Below the pieces are notes generated by a model that was not told the origin of the DNA, searched no databases, and saw only the letters and a program-made list of their open reading frames with translations. A DNA stretch of 64,000 nucleotides, from positions 4,712,001-4,776,000 of the forward strand of contig JAWMAR010000070.1 in the NCBI GenBank assembly GCA_036785375.1, given 5' to 3'. Both the position numbers and the translations under genes were made by a program. Source of the DNA: Leucoraja ocellata (taxonomy: Eukaryota). How positions within the stretch are numbered: position 1 is the first letter of the stretch; each line of letters opens with the position of its first letter. This document shows, piece by piece, positions 38,276 to 50,987 of this stretch.

Positions 38276-40723
38276 GGACATAGTACTAAGGGACTAGGAA
38301 CTGGATATGTAGAAAAGATGGGAACCAGTACATGGAGGACAGGAGACAGGTGCACGAGATTCAAATGAATCGTAAACACTTGGGCTGAAAGGCTAGGTAC
38401 TCTTTTATCAATTCCATATCAAGTGGCATTGTCAGAAATTACATTTTTCCATCCTTGTTATATTGGATCCAATCCAATCATTATCACTTTGAGATATAAG
38501 CTCCAACTAATTTCACCAAAAATCCAACTTGAGGTATTAACCCGTCCACAGTTCCACATTGTCCACACACATCTGTGGAGATTTAAGTCTGCAATGTGCG
38601 AGGTGAATCATTTAAGAATTAACGTTTACTAACATCAATATTAAATTCATATTGCAATGTGATGCTACATGACCACAACTTGGAACCTTGGAGATGTGCC
38701 CTGAGTTGCAGAACCATTTGGGTACTTTAGTCACTGTTGAGTCAAGTAGAATGGTCCTTCCCCTAATTAATGCTTTAATTTTGGTCAAGGTGATCAAAGA
38801 ACCTTTGCACAGCTGATCAATGATTGCTGAGCGACTTTGTTGACCTGTACGATATTGAGTCTTACCACTGGAGTGTGGTTTTGTAAAGAAACATATGTAG
38901 TGTCAAACACACAATCAACTTGAGGTTGAGAATGAACTGAATCTTCTTAATTTATTGCAAAGGGAATAAAAGGCTTCACTGAGTCCATTTGCAGTGATGC
39001 AATGGATAACCAGGAAGACAATAGTTGCATTTTATGTTAAGGTTGATAATGAATTATGTTCTAATATCTTTTTGAGCAATGAATTCTTGTTCCCTGATAC
39101 AAGCGCAACATTAAACTTTGTATTTGTGCAAATGATACTGAAATCTTGTTTGTTATGTCAAATTTGAACTACAACTTGACAGTAACTCAAAAAATTATGT
39201 TTTAAAATGTCTTTTGTAACAGTTACTGACTTTTAAATAATGATTTCTACATTCCACGTGTTAAGAAATTGAAATACAATATACTTAATGTATTTTCTGT
39301 AGTATTATTGCCTGAATAGCTCACATTTCTTTTCAGTCTAACTTTGCATTCGAACGATTACTAGCTTCCAAGAAACTTTTTTTTTATCAATACGTGACCA
39401 CTTTTCATGTTTAAATGATTGTGCTCCTCTTTACGTCCATGTTGGTATTAAAATTTTACAAACGCTTGCTTGGATTACGAAGCTTTTCTTTCCACCTCTC
39501 ATCTCTCTGATTGCAAAGTCTGTATATGTAAATCAAAGGTAGAATCTTTGTCCTGTGGTAAAAATGCTGAAGTCTAAAGGGCACAGCTTTAAGGTGAGAG
39601 TGGCTACGTTTAAAGGAGATTATCTTTTACACAGAGATTGAATGTGGCCAGTTCCTGTGCTGTACTGTTCTATGTTCTATTAAATACACAGTGGATAGTG
39701 TCATAGAGTCATAGGTTCATACATCATGGAAACAGCCCTTCAGCCCAACTTGCCCACACCAACCATCCTGCGGGCATGAACATTGAATTCTCCCAATTTT
39801 GTTAGCCCTTGCTGTCTCCTCCCCTTCCTCAGCCCTCGGACTGTCTCCTCCCATCCCTCAGCCCCCGGGGTCCTCCTCCTCCTCCTTTTTCCTATCTTCT
39901 CCCCGCCCCCCATCAGTCTGAAGAAGGGTTTCGGCCCGAAACTTTGCCTATTTCCTTCGCTCCATAGATGCTGCTGCACCCGCTGAGTTTCTCCAGCATT
40001 TTTGTGTCCCTTCTACACTAGCCTTACTGCCTGCACATGGCCTATGTGCTTCTAAACCTGTCCTATCAAATGTACCTGTCCATATGCTTCTTAAATGTTG
40101 CAATAGTCCCTGCCTCAACTATGTCCTCTGGCAGCTCGTTCCATACACCCACCACCATTTGTGTGAAAAAGTAACCCCCGAGGTTGATATTAATTTTTTT
40201 CCCATCACCTTAAACGTATGTCCTCTGGTACTTGATTCTCCTACTCCAGGCAAGAGACTCTGTGTGTCTACCAGATCTATCGCTCCCATATCTGGAACTG
40301 GAAAGAAAATTGTAGACTTTGCAATCCAAGCACCGAATTTCAATATTCTGTAATTCTGTGTAAAAAAAAAGACCATATGTTGCACAAGATGTGTCCGTAC
40401 AACTTATAGACACAGCCACTTCTTTCATAGGTCCTGGTTCCTATGACCCAGCAGTTGTGACATGGTCTATGCGATCCATGCCAGAAATACAAATAAGCAC
40501 ACACTGAATATCACCTGATGAAGTAGGCTCGAAACAGGGAAAACACATCTTTGACATATGCAACATTATCTTGGCCATCAGATAACCTTGTGGGAGGTTA
40601 CACAATCTATTGCAAACATTTTATTCTTGCTAAGTCCAGATAGGCAGCAAATGACAGGATCCGGACAAACGTACACAGCGCAAAGTGGCGTTCATATGAA
40701 GGATTGACAAATTATTATTAATC

Positions 40724-40772
40724 ATGAAATATATTCATTTTACTCTGTTCCTGACCACCTTTTCATTGGCAG
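40724..40772 (+). CDS. Gene C exon 1, signal peptide MKYIHFTLFLTTFSLA
   Basis: ATCATGA start, hydrophobic leader, CAG|GTAAGC donor, phase 1. Confidence 0.82.
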
Positions 40773-42160
40773 GTAAGCAAAACTATTTGATTATGTTTTA
40801 TGTAGGAAGGAACTGCAGATGCTGGTTTAAACCGAAGATACACACAAAATGCGAGAGTAACTCAGCGGGACAGGCAGTATCTCGGGAGAGAAGGAATGGG
40901 TGACTTTTCCGGTCGAGACCCTTCTTCATAACAAATTATGTTTTATTTCAACTATCATTCACTCCAGTTTAGTTTAATTTAGTTTAGTTTGCAGATAGAG
41001 CCCTTCGGGAAACAAGCCCTTTGGCCCACGGAGAGGAATGTTAAGGAAAATTTGATTTTATATTGTAACTTTAATAAACTTCAATTTCTTGAGACTTATT
41101 AAATTATTTTAAAAATAAAGCCATTGATGTCAAGGAACATTGCCACAACATTCAAAGCTTCCACAAGCAACAACATAATCATCATTATTCAGTGATTAAG
41201 GCTGAGAAATAAATATTGTCCTTCTCTAGAAAGAGTATGTGCTGCAGCAGGTACGTGGCAGAAGAAATAGGTATTAGGAGGAGCTCTAATTAAACAGAGA
41301 ACTTTGCCTTTAAGGGCACTACACCCTAAAAAATATACTTGTAGTTGTACTCTTTCAGGCATATAGTGTTTAGTTTAGTTGAACTAAACACTACATGCCT
41401 GAAAGAGTACAAGCGTGGAAACAGGCCCTTCTGCCCACCGAGTCCACGGCAACCAGCGATCATCCGCACACTAGTTCTATCCTACAAGCTGGGGACAATT
41501 TACAGAAGCCAATTAAACCTACAAACCTGCATCTCTTTAGAAAGTGGTAGGAAACCGGAGTACCCAGAGAAAACCCACACGGCCACAGTGAGAGTGTACA
41601 AACTCCGCACAGACAGCACCCGCAGTCAGGATCGGACCCGGAACTCTGGCGCTGTAAGGCAGCAACACTCTCATTGCAATGTTCATGTATTTTGTGTTTT
41701 ATGACCGTTTCCTTGGTGTATCCCTTAATTGGTACATGTGACAATAAACTGACCTTGAAACCTTGAACTAAACTAAACCAAGCCCTCTTTTAGAAATTAG
41801 TTGAGTCTTGATCCTGGTGCGAATCATTGGGTTGTGAATACAGAAGAAGCAGAACGCATTTAAACCTCAGTGCATTGGCATAAGCTTGTGGGATAGGTAT
41901 TATCTACAGAACATGACCCTGTCTCTAAATATTTAACCATAGTGCCCTTGGTTAGGAAACAAACAACTCCCTCGATAGACTTTAAACGGCATTTTTGGGA
42001 AGTTTACCAGCAACTGGTTTCACAATCATTGCTGGTGTTTCTATTATCTTTAAGCTGCTGGGACCCGACACATTTAATGACCCCCCCCACCCACCCACCC
42101 CCACCCACAACCTTCCACTTCTCTTCCTCTGAGATACTTAGTATGTTCACTATGATAGCA

Positions 42161-43080
42161 CAAGATGGCGGACTGCAGGGGTGATGCGCCGTTGTGTATG
42201 GCTGCTCCGCCTGCAGTCCGTCCTTTCACCCTTTTTTATTTTTATTTTTAGTCCTGTCACTACAAAATGTTTGTTGGAGGTCTTCTTTTATGTGGTGGGT
42301 GGGGGGAGGGGAAGGGGGAAACTATTTTAATCCCAGTCCTACCTGGTCGGAGATGCGGTTTTCCTCCGAACCGCATCTTCGTCCTCTCTGTGCGGCCTAC
42401 CATCGAGTTGGAGCAGCGCTGGAGCGGCGTTTCCTGCCGGGACTACAGCTTCGCCGGTGGTGCAAATGCTGGGACACCAACACGGAGCGGGCGATGCCTT
42501 ACCGGGTCGCCTTGCGGTAAGCTCCGGGGCACTGTGAACGCCGACTGCAACATCGTTGAGCTGCGGCTGCAGAGCGTCCAGCCGCGGGCGGGCCTGAGAA
42601 CTTTGGATTTAAAACACCGCGGAGCCTGGGATCCGGGATCGCCAGAGTCAGAGGTCCAGCCGGCGCGGCCTGAGAACTTTGGACAATGCAGTCTTCGGGG
42701 AGGAAGCGGCCGCTTCAGTCCAAGCCGCTGAAGGATGTTCACCTGACGCCGATGATCCAGCTTTGCGGCAGGAGGGCCTGAAAACACCGGGTTGGCTGAG
42801 GAGGCCACATATAGACCCCGACCTCGGGTGGACTACGAGGAGGAGAACTGGATATTTTTAGTGCCTTCCCTCACAGTGAATTCTGCTGTGAGGGGACGTT
42901 TCTTGTTGATTTCTGTAGTGTACTGTTCTGTGTCTTTTTTCTTTTTCTTTTTTATTTTATATGGATTTATTGACATTTAATCTATTCAATTAGTTTAATC
43001 AATCTCTGTAAAGCACTTTGGTTCAAAGTGATTTTGTTTAAAAGTGCTATATAAATAAATATTATTATTATTATTATTAC
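42161..43080 (+). mobile_element. GC-rich non-autonomous retroelement with L2-type tail
   Basis: Starts CAAGATGGCGG and ends GTAAAGCACTTTG...AAATAAA(TAT)n. Confidence 0.7.
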
Positions 43081-44229
43081 TATGACAAAGCCTTATAGTA
43101 CAGCCCCTTACAACAGTGTTTACATTTATACGATACAATAGGAACTTTATTTTTCACAGGAGGGAAATAGATCTGCCAACGGTCATAAAACTCCGACCAT
43201 CGATTACCCATACACTAGAAATAGAATCAGAAATACACCATGGAAACAGGTCCTTCGGCTCAAGTTGCCCACCCCGACCAACATGTCCCATCTACACTCC
43301 TCCCACCTTCCTCCATTTGGCCCATATCTCTCGAAACGTGTACTATCCATGTACATGTCTAAATGTTTCTTAAACATTGCGATTGTTTCTGCACAGACAG
43401 TACCCGTAGTCAGGATCGAACCTGGGAAGCGGGGACCAGTCCCTTCATAGCTGGTGGAAAGAGAGTATTTGCTGGAATCGGATAGAAATTGATGACATGT
43501 CGATGCCAAGACAAACTGTGAAGTCCCGATTCAGCTAACATGCCTAAAGTCAATCCTCCAGGTCATCTGTACAAACGCTGGCCTCATGTACGATTATTAT
43601 TACCAACTTTGGGTTGTCAGGAATGGCTCAGTGCAGGAAGCCACCATTAAGTTGGGGGAGTCCAGAACCAGAAGTCACAGTTTAAGAATAAGGGGTAGGC
43701 TATTTAGGACTGAGATGAGGAAAAACCTATTCACCCAGCGAGTTGTCTGCCACAGAAGGCAGTGGAGGCCAATTCACTGGGTGTTTTCAAGAGAGAATTA
43801 GATTTAGCTCTTAACAGAATCAAGTGATAAGGGGGAAAATCAAGAATATAGTACTGATTCTGGATGATCAGCCATGATCATATATTGAATGGCGGTGCTG
43901 GCTCGAAGGGCATGTGTATGTGCATGCATATGTGCGTGTTTGTGTCCATGCATGTGATGTGCATGTTTTTGTATCGTACGTGTATTTGTGTATGTGTGCA
44001 TGTCCGTGTCCATTTGTGTATGCCTGGATGTCACTTTTAATGGGATAGGTTGGGCCGAAGGGCCGCTTTCAGCGCTGCATGACTCTATGGACTCCAAGAC
44101 CATAAAAAGAAGGAAGACAGTGCAAAGAAAAAACCAAGACAACAAAATAAGACATTAGTGCTCGTCCTCTGATGACCTCCAAGCGTTTTGCTGGACAGAG
44201 TAATTGCCAACTGTGCTTTGTACTTACAG

Positions 44230-44550
44230 CTGCATTAACTGGGCCGAAGCTAGTGTCCGGGACCTTGGGAGGAGCCGTTACCATAAGATGCCAGTATCAT
44301 GCATATTACAAGTATCATGAAAAGTACTGGTGCAAGGGTTCTGATTGGAAATCCTGCAGTGTTCTGGTCAATTCTGCAAGCCAACATAAAAACATTGATG
44401 ATAGAATAAGAATGGTGGACAACCAAACTGCTGGAGAATTTATCACTAAAGTGACCCAACTCTCTGCCAACGACACTGGGCTTTACTGGTGCGGCATTGT
44501 GCAACTCGGCTATGACAGAATGGTTCCAGTGCGACTGAATGTTACAGAAG
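44230..44550 (+). CDS. Gene C exon 2, CD300-like V-set Ig domain
   Basis: CTTACAG acceptor, GAAG|GTAAGA donor, 321 nt. Translation includes VTIRCQY...EKYWCKGSDWKSC...RIRMVDNQTAGEF...QLSANDTGLYWCGI...VRLNV. Confidence 0.95.
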
Positions 44551-44942
44551 GTAAGATCAATCTTAATTTCTTCCTGATGAGATGTTCCCATATACCCAGA
44601 CCAAATGGGGTGTAGAAACAAGGAACTGCAGATGCTGGTTTACTAAGGAAAGACACAAAATGCTGAAGTAGCTCAGCAGGTCAGGCAGCATCTCTGGAGA
44701 AGGGTCTCGATCCGAAACTTCACCTATTCCTTTTCTCCAGAGATGCTGCTGAGTTACTCCAGCTGTTTGAGCCTATCGGTGGAGAACGTGAAGAGGTGAT
44801 GTTTCGGGTCGGGAAGAAGTCATTTTAGACGGCTTGCATGATGCGTGCATTAATGTGTTTGGATGAAGTGCATAGTTAACAGTCGGAATTATGCTCAATG
44901 AAGCATTCACATATTATTTATGCTTCAAATAGTCACAAACTA

Positions 44943-45990
44943 AACATAGAAAATAGGTGCAGGAGTAGGCCATTCGGCCCTTCGAGCATGCACTGCCATT
45001 CAATATGATCATGGCTGATCATCCAAATCAATATCCTGTACCTGCCTTCTCTCCATACCCCCTGATCCCTTTAGCCACAAGGGCCACATCTAACTCCCTC
45101 TTAAATATAGCCAATTAACTGGCCTCAACTACCTTCTGTGGCAGAGAATTCCAGAGATTTACCACTCTCTGTGTTAAAAATGTTTTTCTCATCTCGGTCC
45201 TAAAGGATTTCCCCCTTATCCTTAAACTGTGACCCCTTGTTCTGGACTTCCCCGACATCGGGAACAATCTTCCTGCATCTAGCCTGTCCGACCCCTTAAG
45301 AATTTTGTACGTTTCTATAAGATCCCCCCTTAATCTTCTAAATTCTAGCGAGTACAAGCCGAGTCTATCCAGTCTTTCTTCATATGAAAGTCCTGACATC
45401 CCAGGAATCAGTCTGGTGAATCTTCTCTGTACTCCCTCTATGGCAAAAATGCCTTTCCTCTGGTCTGTAATTCCCCGTTTTTACTCTCCCTCCCTTTTTA
45501 AAAAGTGGGGTTACATTAGCTACCCTCCAATCCTCAGGAACTACTCCAGAATCTAAAGAGTTTTGAAAAATTACCACTAATGCATCCACTATTTCTGGGG
45601 TTACTTCCTTAATACAATACAAATTTATTATCATTTGAGCCCCAGTGAGACTCAAACGAAATGTTGTTTCCACAGCCATACAAACAAAGACACTGTCTTA
45701 CAGACATACACATAATTAAATCCACACAAACATCCATCACAGTGAAGCCAATGTGTACTTAAGTACTCTGGGATGCAGCCTATCTGGCCCTGGGGATTTA
45801 TCGGCCTTTAATCTGCCGCCTAACACCACTTCCTGGCTAACTTGGATTTCACTCAGTTCCTCCATCTCATTTGACTCCCGGTCCCCTGCTATTTTCAGCA
45901 GATTATTTATGCCTTCCTTAGTGAAGACAGAACCAAAGTAGTTATTCAATTGGTCTGCCATGTCCTTGTTCCCCATGATCAATTCACCTG
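44943..45990 (-). mobile_element. CR1-clade LINE fragments (internally deleted)
   Basis: LSYEERLDRLGLYSLEFRRLRGDL; VPEDWRVANVTPLFKKG; KSPGPD.LHPRVLK. Confidence 0.9.
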
Positions 45991-46639
45991 TCAATTCAAC
46001 ATATTCAGCAATCAAGACATGATATATACCACAATGACATACAGCAAAATTATAACACAGTATCTCAACTCTTTTTACACGTTGCAATGAATGCAATTTC
46101 TATTATTTATTTCCACTTCCAAACAAATATGTGGTTGGATTATTCAGCGTATGATCAACGTGTGTCAATAAATCCTGGACCATGGTAACATATATGCTTA
46201 ACCATGCACACTACAGATTGATGCAAGCATCGTTTCTGCGAAGGACCAAAAATTATCATGACATGGCCATTGCATGGGTCGTTATTGCTATTGGTACAGA
46301 AACACTCTCGCTTCCCACATAATTTATCCACAACAAAATATACAGGTTGCAAGGACATTTTTATGATAACAGCTGTTAAAACCGACTATACCCATCTGAC
46401 AGGTTAAACATTACACTAACTGACAAGAGATGGCCAAAGGACTTCAAATGCAGCAAATGTTCTTTTGACAATATGTTTAAAGTTGTCAAAATGCCACGGT
46501 AGCAGTAACAATTGAACACTGCAGTTTTAATGTTTCACTGGTTCACAATTTAATTAATCCATCATTATAGATTAAAACAAATAATAACATTAAGAATTAA
46601 AACACATTTGACTGCATTCCATTATCAAACATTGTAATT

Positions 46640-47240
46640 GTCGGTGCGGGACGGATAGATGGGGGCTTTGAGAAGGCAATCAGTGCAGAATGGATGGAGT
46701 GAGGCAGGGGGATTAGTGCGTATTGGTTGAGTAGATAAAATTGTGAGGGGAGAGTGCAGGAGATGTCAGTGGGGGAGTACGGGATAGATGGGGTAATCAG
46801 TACCTGATGGATGGGGGGGGGGATCAGTGCAGGATGAATGTGTGGATCAGTACAGGATGAATGGGGGTGGGTCAGCATAGTGTGGATCGGGGGGTCTGTG
46901 CGGGATGAATGGGGAAAGACAGTGCAGGATGGATGGGAAGGGGGTCAGTACAGGATGAATTGGGGGACCAGTGTAGGATGGGGGGGGGGGGGGGTGCAGG
47001 ATAATCAATGCGAGGTGGATAGGAAGACCGGTGCAGGATAAATAGATGGGGGGGGGGGGGTAGATGGGGAGGGGAGCACAGGGGGTAGATGGGGAGGGGA
47101 ACACAGGGGGTGGCAGTGAGGACTGAATAGATGGGGAATTTGAATCAGTGTGGGGTGGAGAGGGTTGGTCCCAGGATAAGGGGGGGGGGGGGGGGCGTAC
47201 GAGAGAGAGGGGGGAAGGGGCAGAGGAGGAAGGTCAGCGC
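46640..47240 (+). repeat. G-rich degenerate minisatellite (GATCAGT[G/A]CAGGATGAATG-like units with poly-G runs)
   Basis: Repeated CAGTGCAGGAT / CAGTACAGGAT units separated by G-tracts. Confidence 0.7.
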
Positions 47241-48642
47241 TCCTCGGACAACACCGGCATCATCGCCCCGCAGCCCGTCCCTGCCCACCGCCAAAGGGGG
47301 AGGTAGTTGGTCCGCCTCCACTCCTCCGCCAGCAAACAGGAAGGTGCGGGGCCGAGCGGTGCAGGTGCTTCAGACCAAAGATACTAGGAGGCTCCTCTAG
47401 TATCATTGCTTCAGACGGCGGAAGGAGGCATCCCCCTTCTTTCCTCCTTCCCTCCCTCCTCGGCATGGAGGGTTTGTTTTGAAAGCGGTTATCGCCGTTG
47501 GCGTAGTGGCACTCAGCAGGCAGGGTGCAGAACGAAGTGCGGGGCCCGTCATTCACTCCGATAAACTAAGGCGATGGTGAGGTGCGAGGGCCCGGCGGGG
47601 GGGAGCGCGGGCACGCGACGAGGGATCTCCCTTTTCCCCCCCAAATCATCCCGCGGGTCGGATTGGACCCTTCGAGGGTAGTTTAAAACCCCGATATAAA
47701 ACAAACAGATTTCCCCCTCCCCGCAACGCAACGCAATATTCCACGGTTCTACTCACACAGACTAGGCCCGGAGCATCGAGGCGTTGCATTTGAAATGGCG
47801 GCGATCTGATCCCCCCCCCCCCACTGCGCACGCGCGGAGAGCCGACGTCATTGTGCGTCCTTTGTCACCAACTTCTGCGTCTTTTGTCACCAGCTTCCCG
47901 CCCCCCCCCCACTGCGCAGGCGCGGATGGTCGCAAATCTAACTTACTTTTGATGAAATTCAGCGAGCAAACGCGATAATTCCCGATATTTTGGATCTTAA
48001 AATCACCACGGCAAATGTCAGCTGTTCACTTCCGCCGCTTTCTACCTTCAGTTCCCTCTTGTAATTACCTCACTTTCTATCTTTTGTTTTGCCTGAAAAT
48101 TTAGGTCGCTGTGCTTCACGGTCACCCCGACTAGCACAGAAATTTCAGCTCAAAAATCGGCCGTTTTCCATGTTTTTAACGGGTGGGAAAGTGCGTGTTT
48201 CCCCATTCACTTACATGTACCAAACTGAGAGATGTCCTCCAGTTAAAATTTTCGGTCACGTGAGGGGGGATCTACGCTCATTTGACCTTTGGTGAAATCA
48301 CCCTATTAGAAAAGACTGATATAATGCTTTTAAATAAGAAATACTCAGATTTTTATTACAATTTAGGAATCTATGGTCAAATTATAGTCGTCAGAAACTG
48401 TTGGTCACAAACGTCACAAATGGTCGGCGTAGACACAGTGAGGCCATGGTGTTTCCATGCTATATCTCTAAATTAACTAAACTAAACCAGACCATGCCAC
48501 AATAAACTCTGTGTAGGTTCCTTCACAGAATGGTTGTTCAACTTTTCCAAAGGCCAAAGACAAAATGTTATCTCTATATAAACAATGTGTTGGATATAAA
48601 CGTATACAAACTGTAAAGTGTAATTGTGCGATTGTTTTTCAG

Positions 48643-48709
48643 ATCCAACAACACAACCACCTACAATATCTCCTGAACTTCAGGAAACAGCTCATCACGG
48701 AAATCAAAG
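48643..48709 (+). CDS. Gene C exon 3, Thr/Pro-rich stalk (DPTTQPPTISPELQETAHHGNQ)
   Basis: TTGTTTTTCAG acceptor, AAG|GTAACA donor, 67 nt, phase 1-2. Confidence 0.8.
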
Positions 48710-50203
48710 GTAACAGTGGAATAGATAAATAAACAGAATTGGTTGTCATAGTGTCGCACATCCGATAAGCCAATCCAAATGCCCGTATCCATGTACCTTA
48801 GTTTAGTTTAATGATACAGTGTGGAAACTGGCCCTTCGGCCCACTGAGTCCGTGTCGACCAGTGATCCCCACATAATAATATCCTACACATACTAGGGAC
48901 AATTCACATTATTTAGAAAGCCAATTTACCTGCAAACTTGTAGGTGTTTGGAGTGTGGGAGGAAACCAAAGATCGCGGAGAATCAGGTTACGGGGAGAAC
49001 CACGCAGGTTACGGGGAGAACGTGCAAACTCCGTACAGACAGCACCCGTAAACCTGGGTCTCTGGCGCTGAAAGGCAGCAACTCTACTGCTGCGCCACCG
49101 TGCTGTACCTGTCCAACTGTCTTTTAAATGTTGTTGTAGTATCTACCTCAAATACTTTGTAACTTAGTCAGTGCCCTTTACCTGGTGACTAATCGCATAC
49201 CATGGGTATGCAAGCCAAGAATTTCACTGTGACTTGTTATATGTGACAATAAACTATTCAATTCAACTTCCTCTGGCATGATTACTGTTGGTGTCAGTTT
49301 ACTTCTTATCCCACAAAGCCTTGAAGATTTAGTTTAGGGATATAGCATAGAAACCGGCTCCTCAACTCACCAAGTCCACCCTGACCATTGATCACCTGTT
49401 CAGACTAGCTCCGACGTTATCCCACTTTCGCAACCACTTCCGTGACAAATCTATGTCACGCAATCAACAAAACTGACACATTTTCCCGCTGATTTGACCT
49501 TTAGTGAACTTTGAGTGCTGCAGTTATATTAGCTGTGTTGACCAAGTGTTGAAAACAGTGTGCAAAATATTAGACACTTTTGCCTTCGCAAGAGCACTAA
49601 TAAGAGAATGGAATGATAATGCTTTTAGTGGATCTTCTTCGTTGAAACAAATTGGCCCAGATCAGTCATCACGAAGCAAATTCCATTTTACAAGCCACAT
49701 TTCAACCACAGCCATGGAACCCGCTCAATATCAATGCCCAGATGAGACTGTTGATGAAAGAGTGGAGAAAATACAAGCTTGTACTTGCATCCAAAACTCT
49801 GTAATGATTTGGATTGTGCAGCTGTTGCTGTTAATGCATGGATGAAAGCGCCAAGCATCTCCTGCAGCAGCACGGTGGTGCAGTGGTAGAGTTGCTGCCT
49901 CACAGCGCCAGGGACCCGGGTTTGAACCTGACTACGGGTGCTGTCTATACGGAGTTTGTACATTCTCCCTGTGACCCCTTCAGTTTTCTCTGCGTGCTCC
50001 CGCTTCCTCCCACATCCCAAAGACCTGCAGTTTTTAGGTTAATTGGCTTCTGTAAATTGTCGCTAACGTGTAGAGAGTTGATGAGAAAGTGGGATAACAT
50101 AGAACTAGTGCGAACGGATGATGGCTGGTTAGCACGAACTAGGTGGGCCGAATAGCCTGTTTCCATACTCTATCTCCAAACCGAACTAACCTAAACTAAT
50201 GTT

Positions 50204-50450
50204 TAAGATGGGACTGCAGATGCTGGAAAATCGAAGATAGACAAAAATGCTGCAGAAACTCAGTGGGCGAAGCAGCATCTTTGGAGCGAAGGAAATGGGT
50301 GATGTTTTGGGTCGAGACCCTTTTTTTAGACTAAGGAAATAGGCGACGTTTCGGGTCGACACCCTTCGGGTCTCGACCCGAAACGTCGCCTATTTCCTTC
50401 GCTCCATATTTGCTGCCTCACCCGCTGAGCTTCTCCAGCATTTTTGTGTA
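50204..50450. repeat. Inverted pair of Penelope-like termini (representative of many copies)
   Basis: AGGCGACGTTTCGGGTCGACACCC / GGGTCTCGACCCGAAACGTCGCCT, with inverted GCAGCATC and CTCAGC arms. Confidence 0.75.
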
Positions 50451-50987
50451 ACCTAAACTAATATCAATTTGTTGTACTAACTGATTACAGAATCGCAGGA
50501 TTATTACATCTTAGGAAATGACTGTTCAGCCCATCTAATCTCAACTAGCTCTGTGTTGGAGTAACCCAGTTGGTCTCACTATCCTTCACTCTCCACGGAT
50601 CCCGGCAAACTTTTCATGTTTAAGTATCTACCTAGTTCCCCTTCGAACACTTTCATTCCATCTGCCTCCACTGTTTCCGCACTGTATCTCTAAACTAAAT
50701 TAAACCACTCACCTCTGGTATTGGCCCAAACCACAAGCTATTTTAAAATGAACTTCCCCATGTTACTTTCAGTTACTCTTTTATTGCCAATTGAAAATAA
50801 AAATAAAGTTTTAAATAGGAAGTATAACAACCTGCAACAAACTATGGTGTAAATATGATTCTATATTTAAACTGAGTTGCCGCTCATGTAGATTCCTAGG
50901 GGGAACTTCATTCTAAGGGTGAATATTACTCAGGGCTTCCTCTCTTGATTGCTCTCTAATAACGTGCTCAATTGTGTTTCCGTAGGA

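Noticed and set aside
40515-40540. CTGATGA...GAAAC upstream of gene C as a hammerhead
   Set aside because: Helix II is poor and there is no suitable helix III, cleavage triplet or helix I.
2548-44550. A single multi-Ig pIgR-like gene using all three V exons
   Set aside because: Each V exon has its own leader, stalk, TM exon and stop codon.
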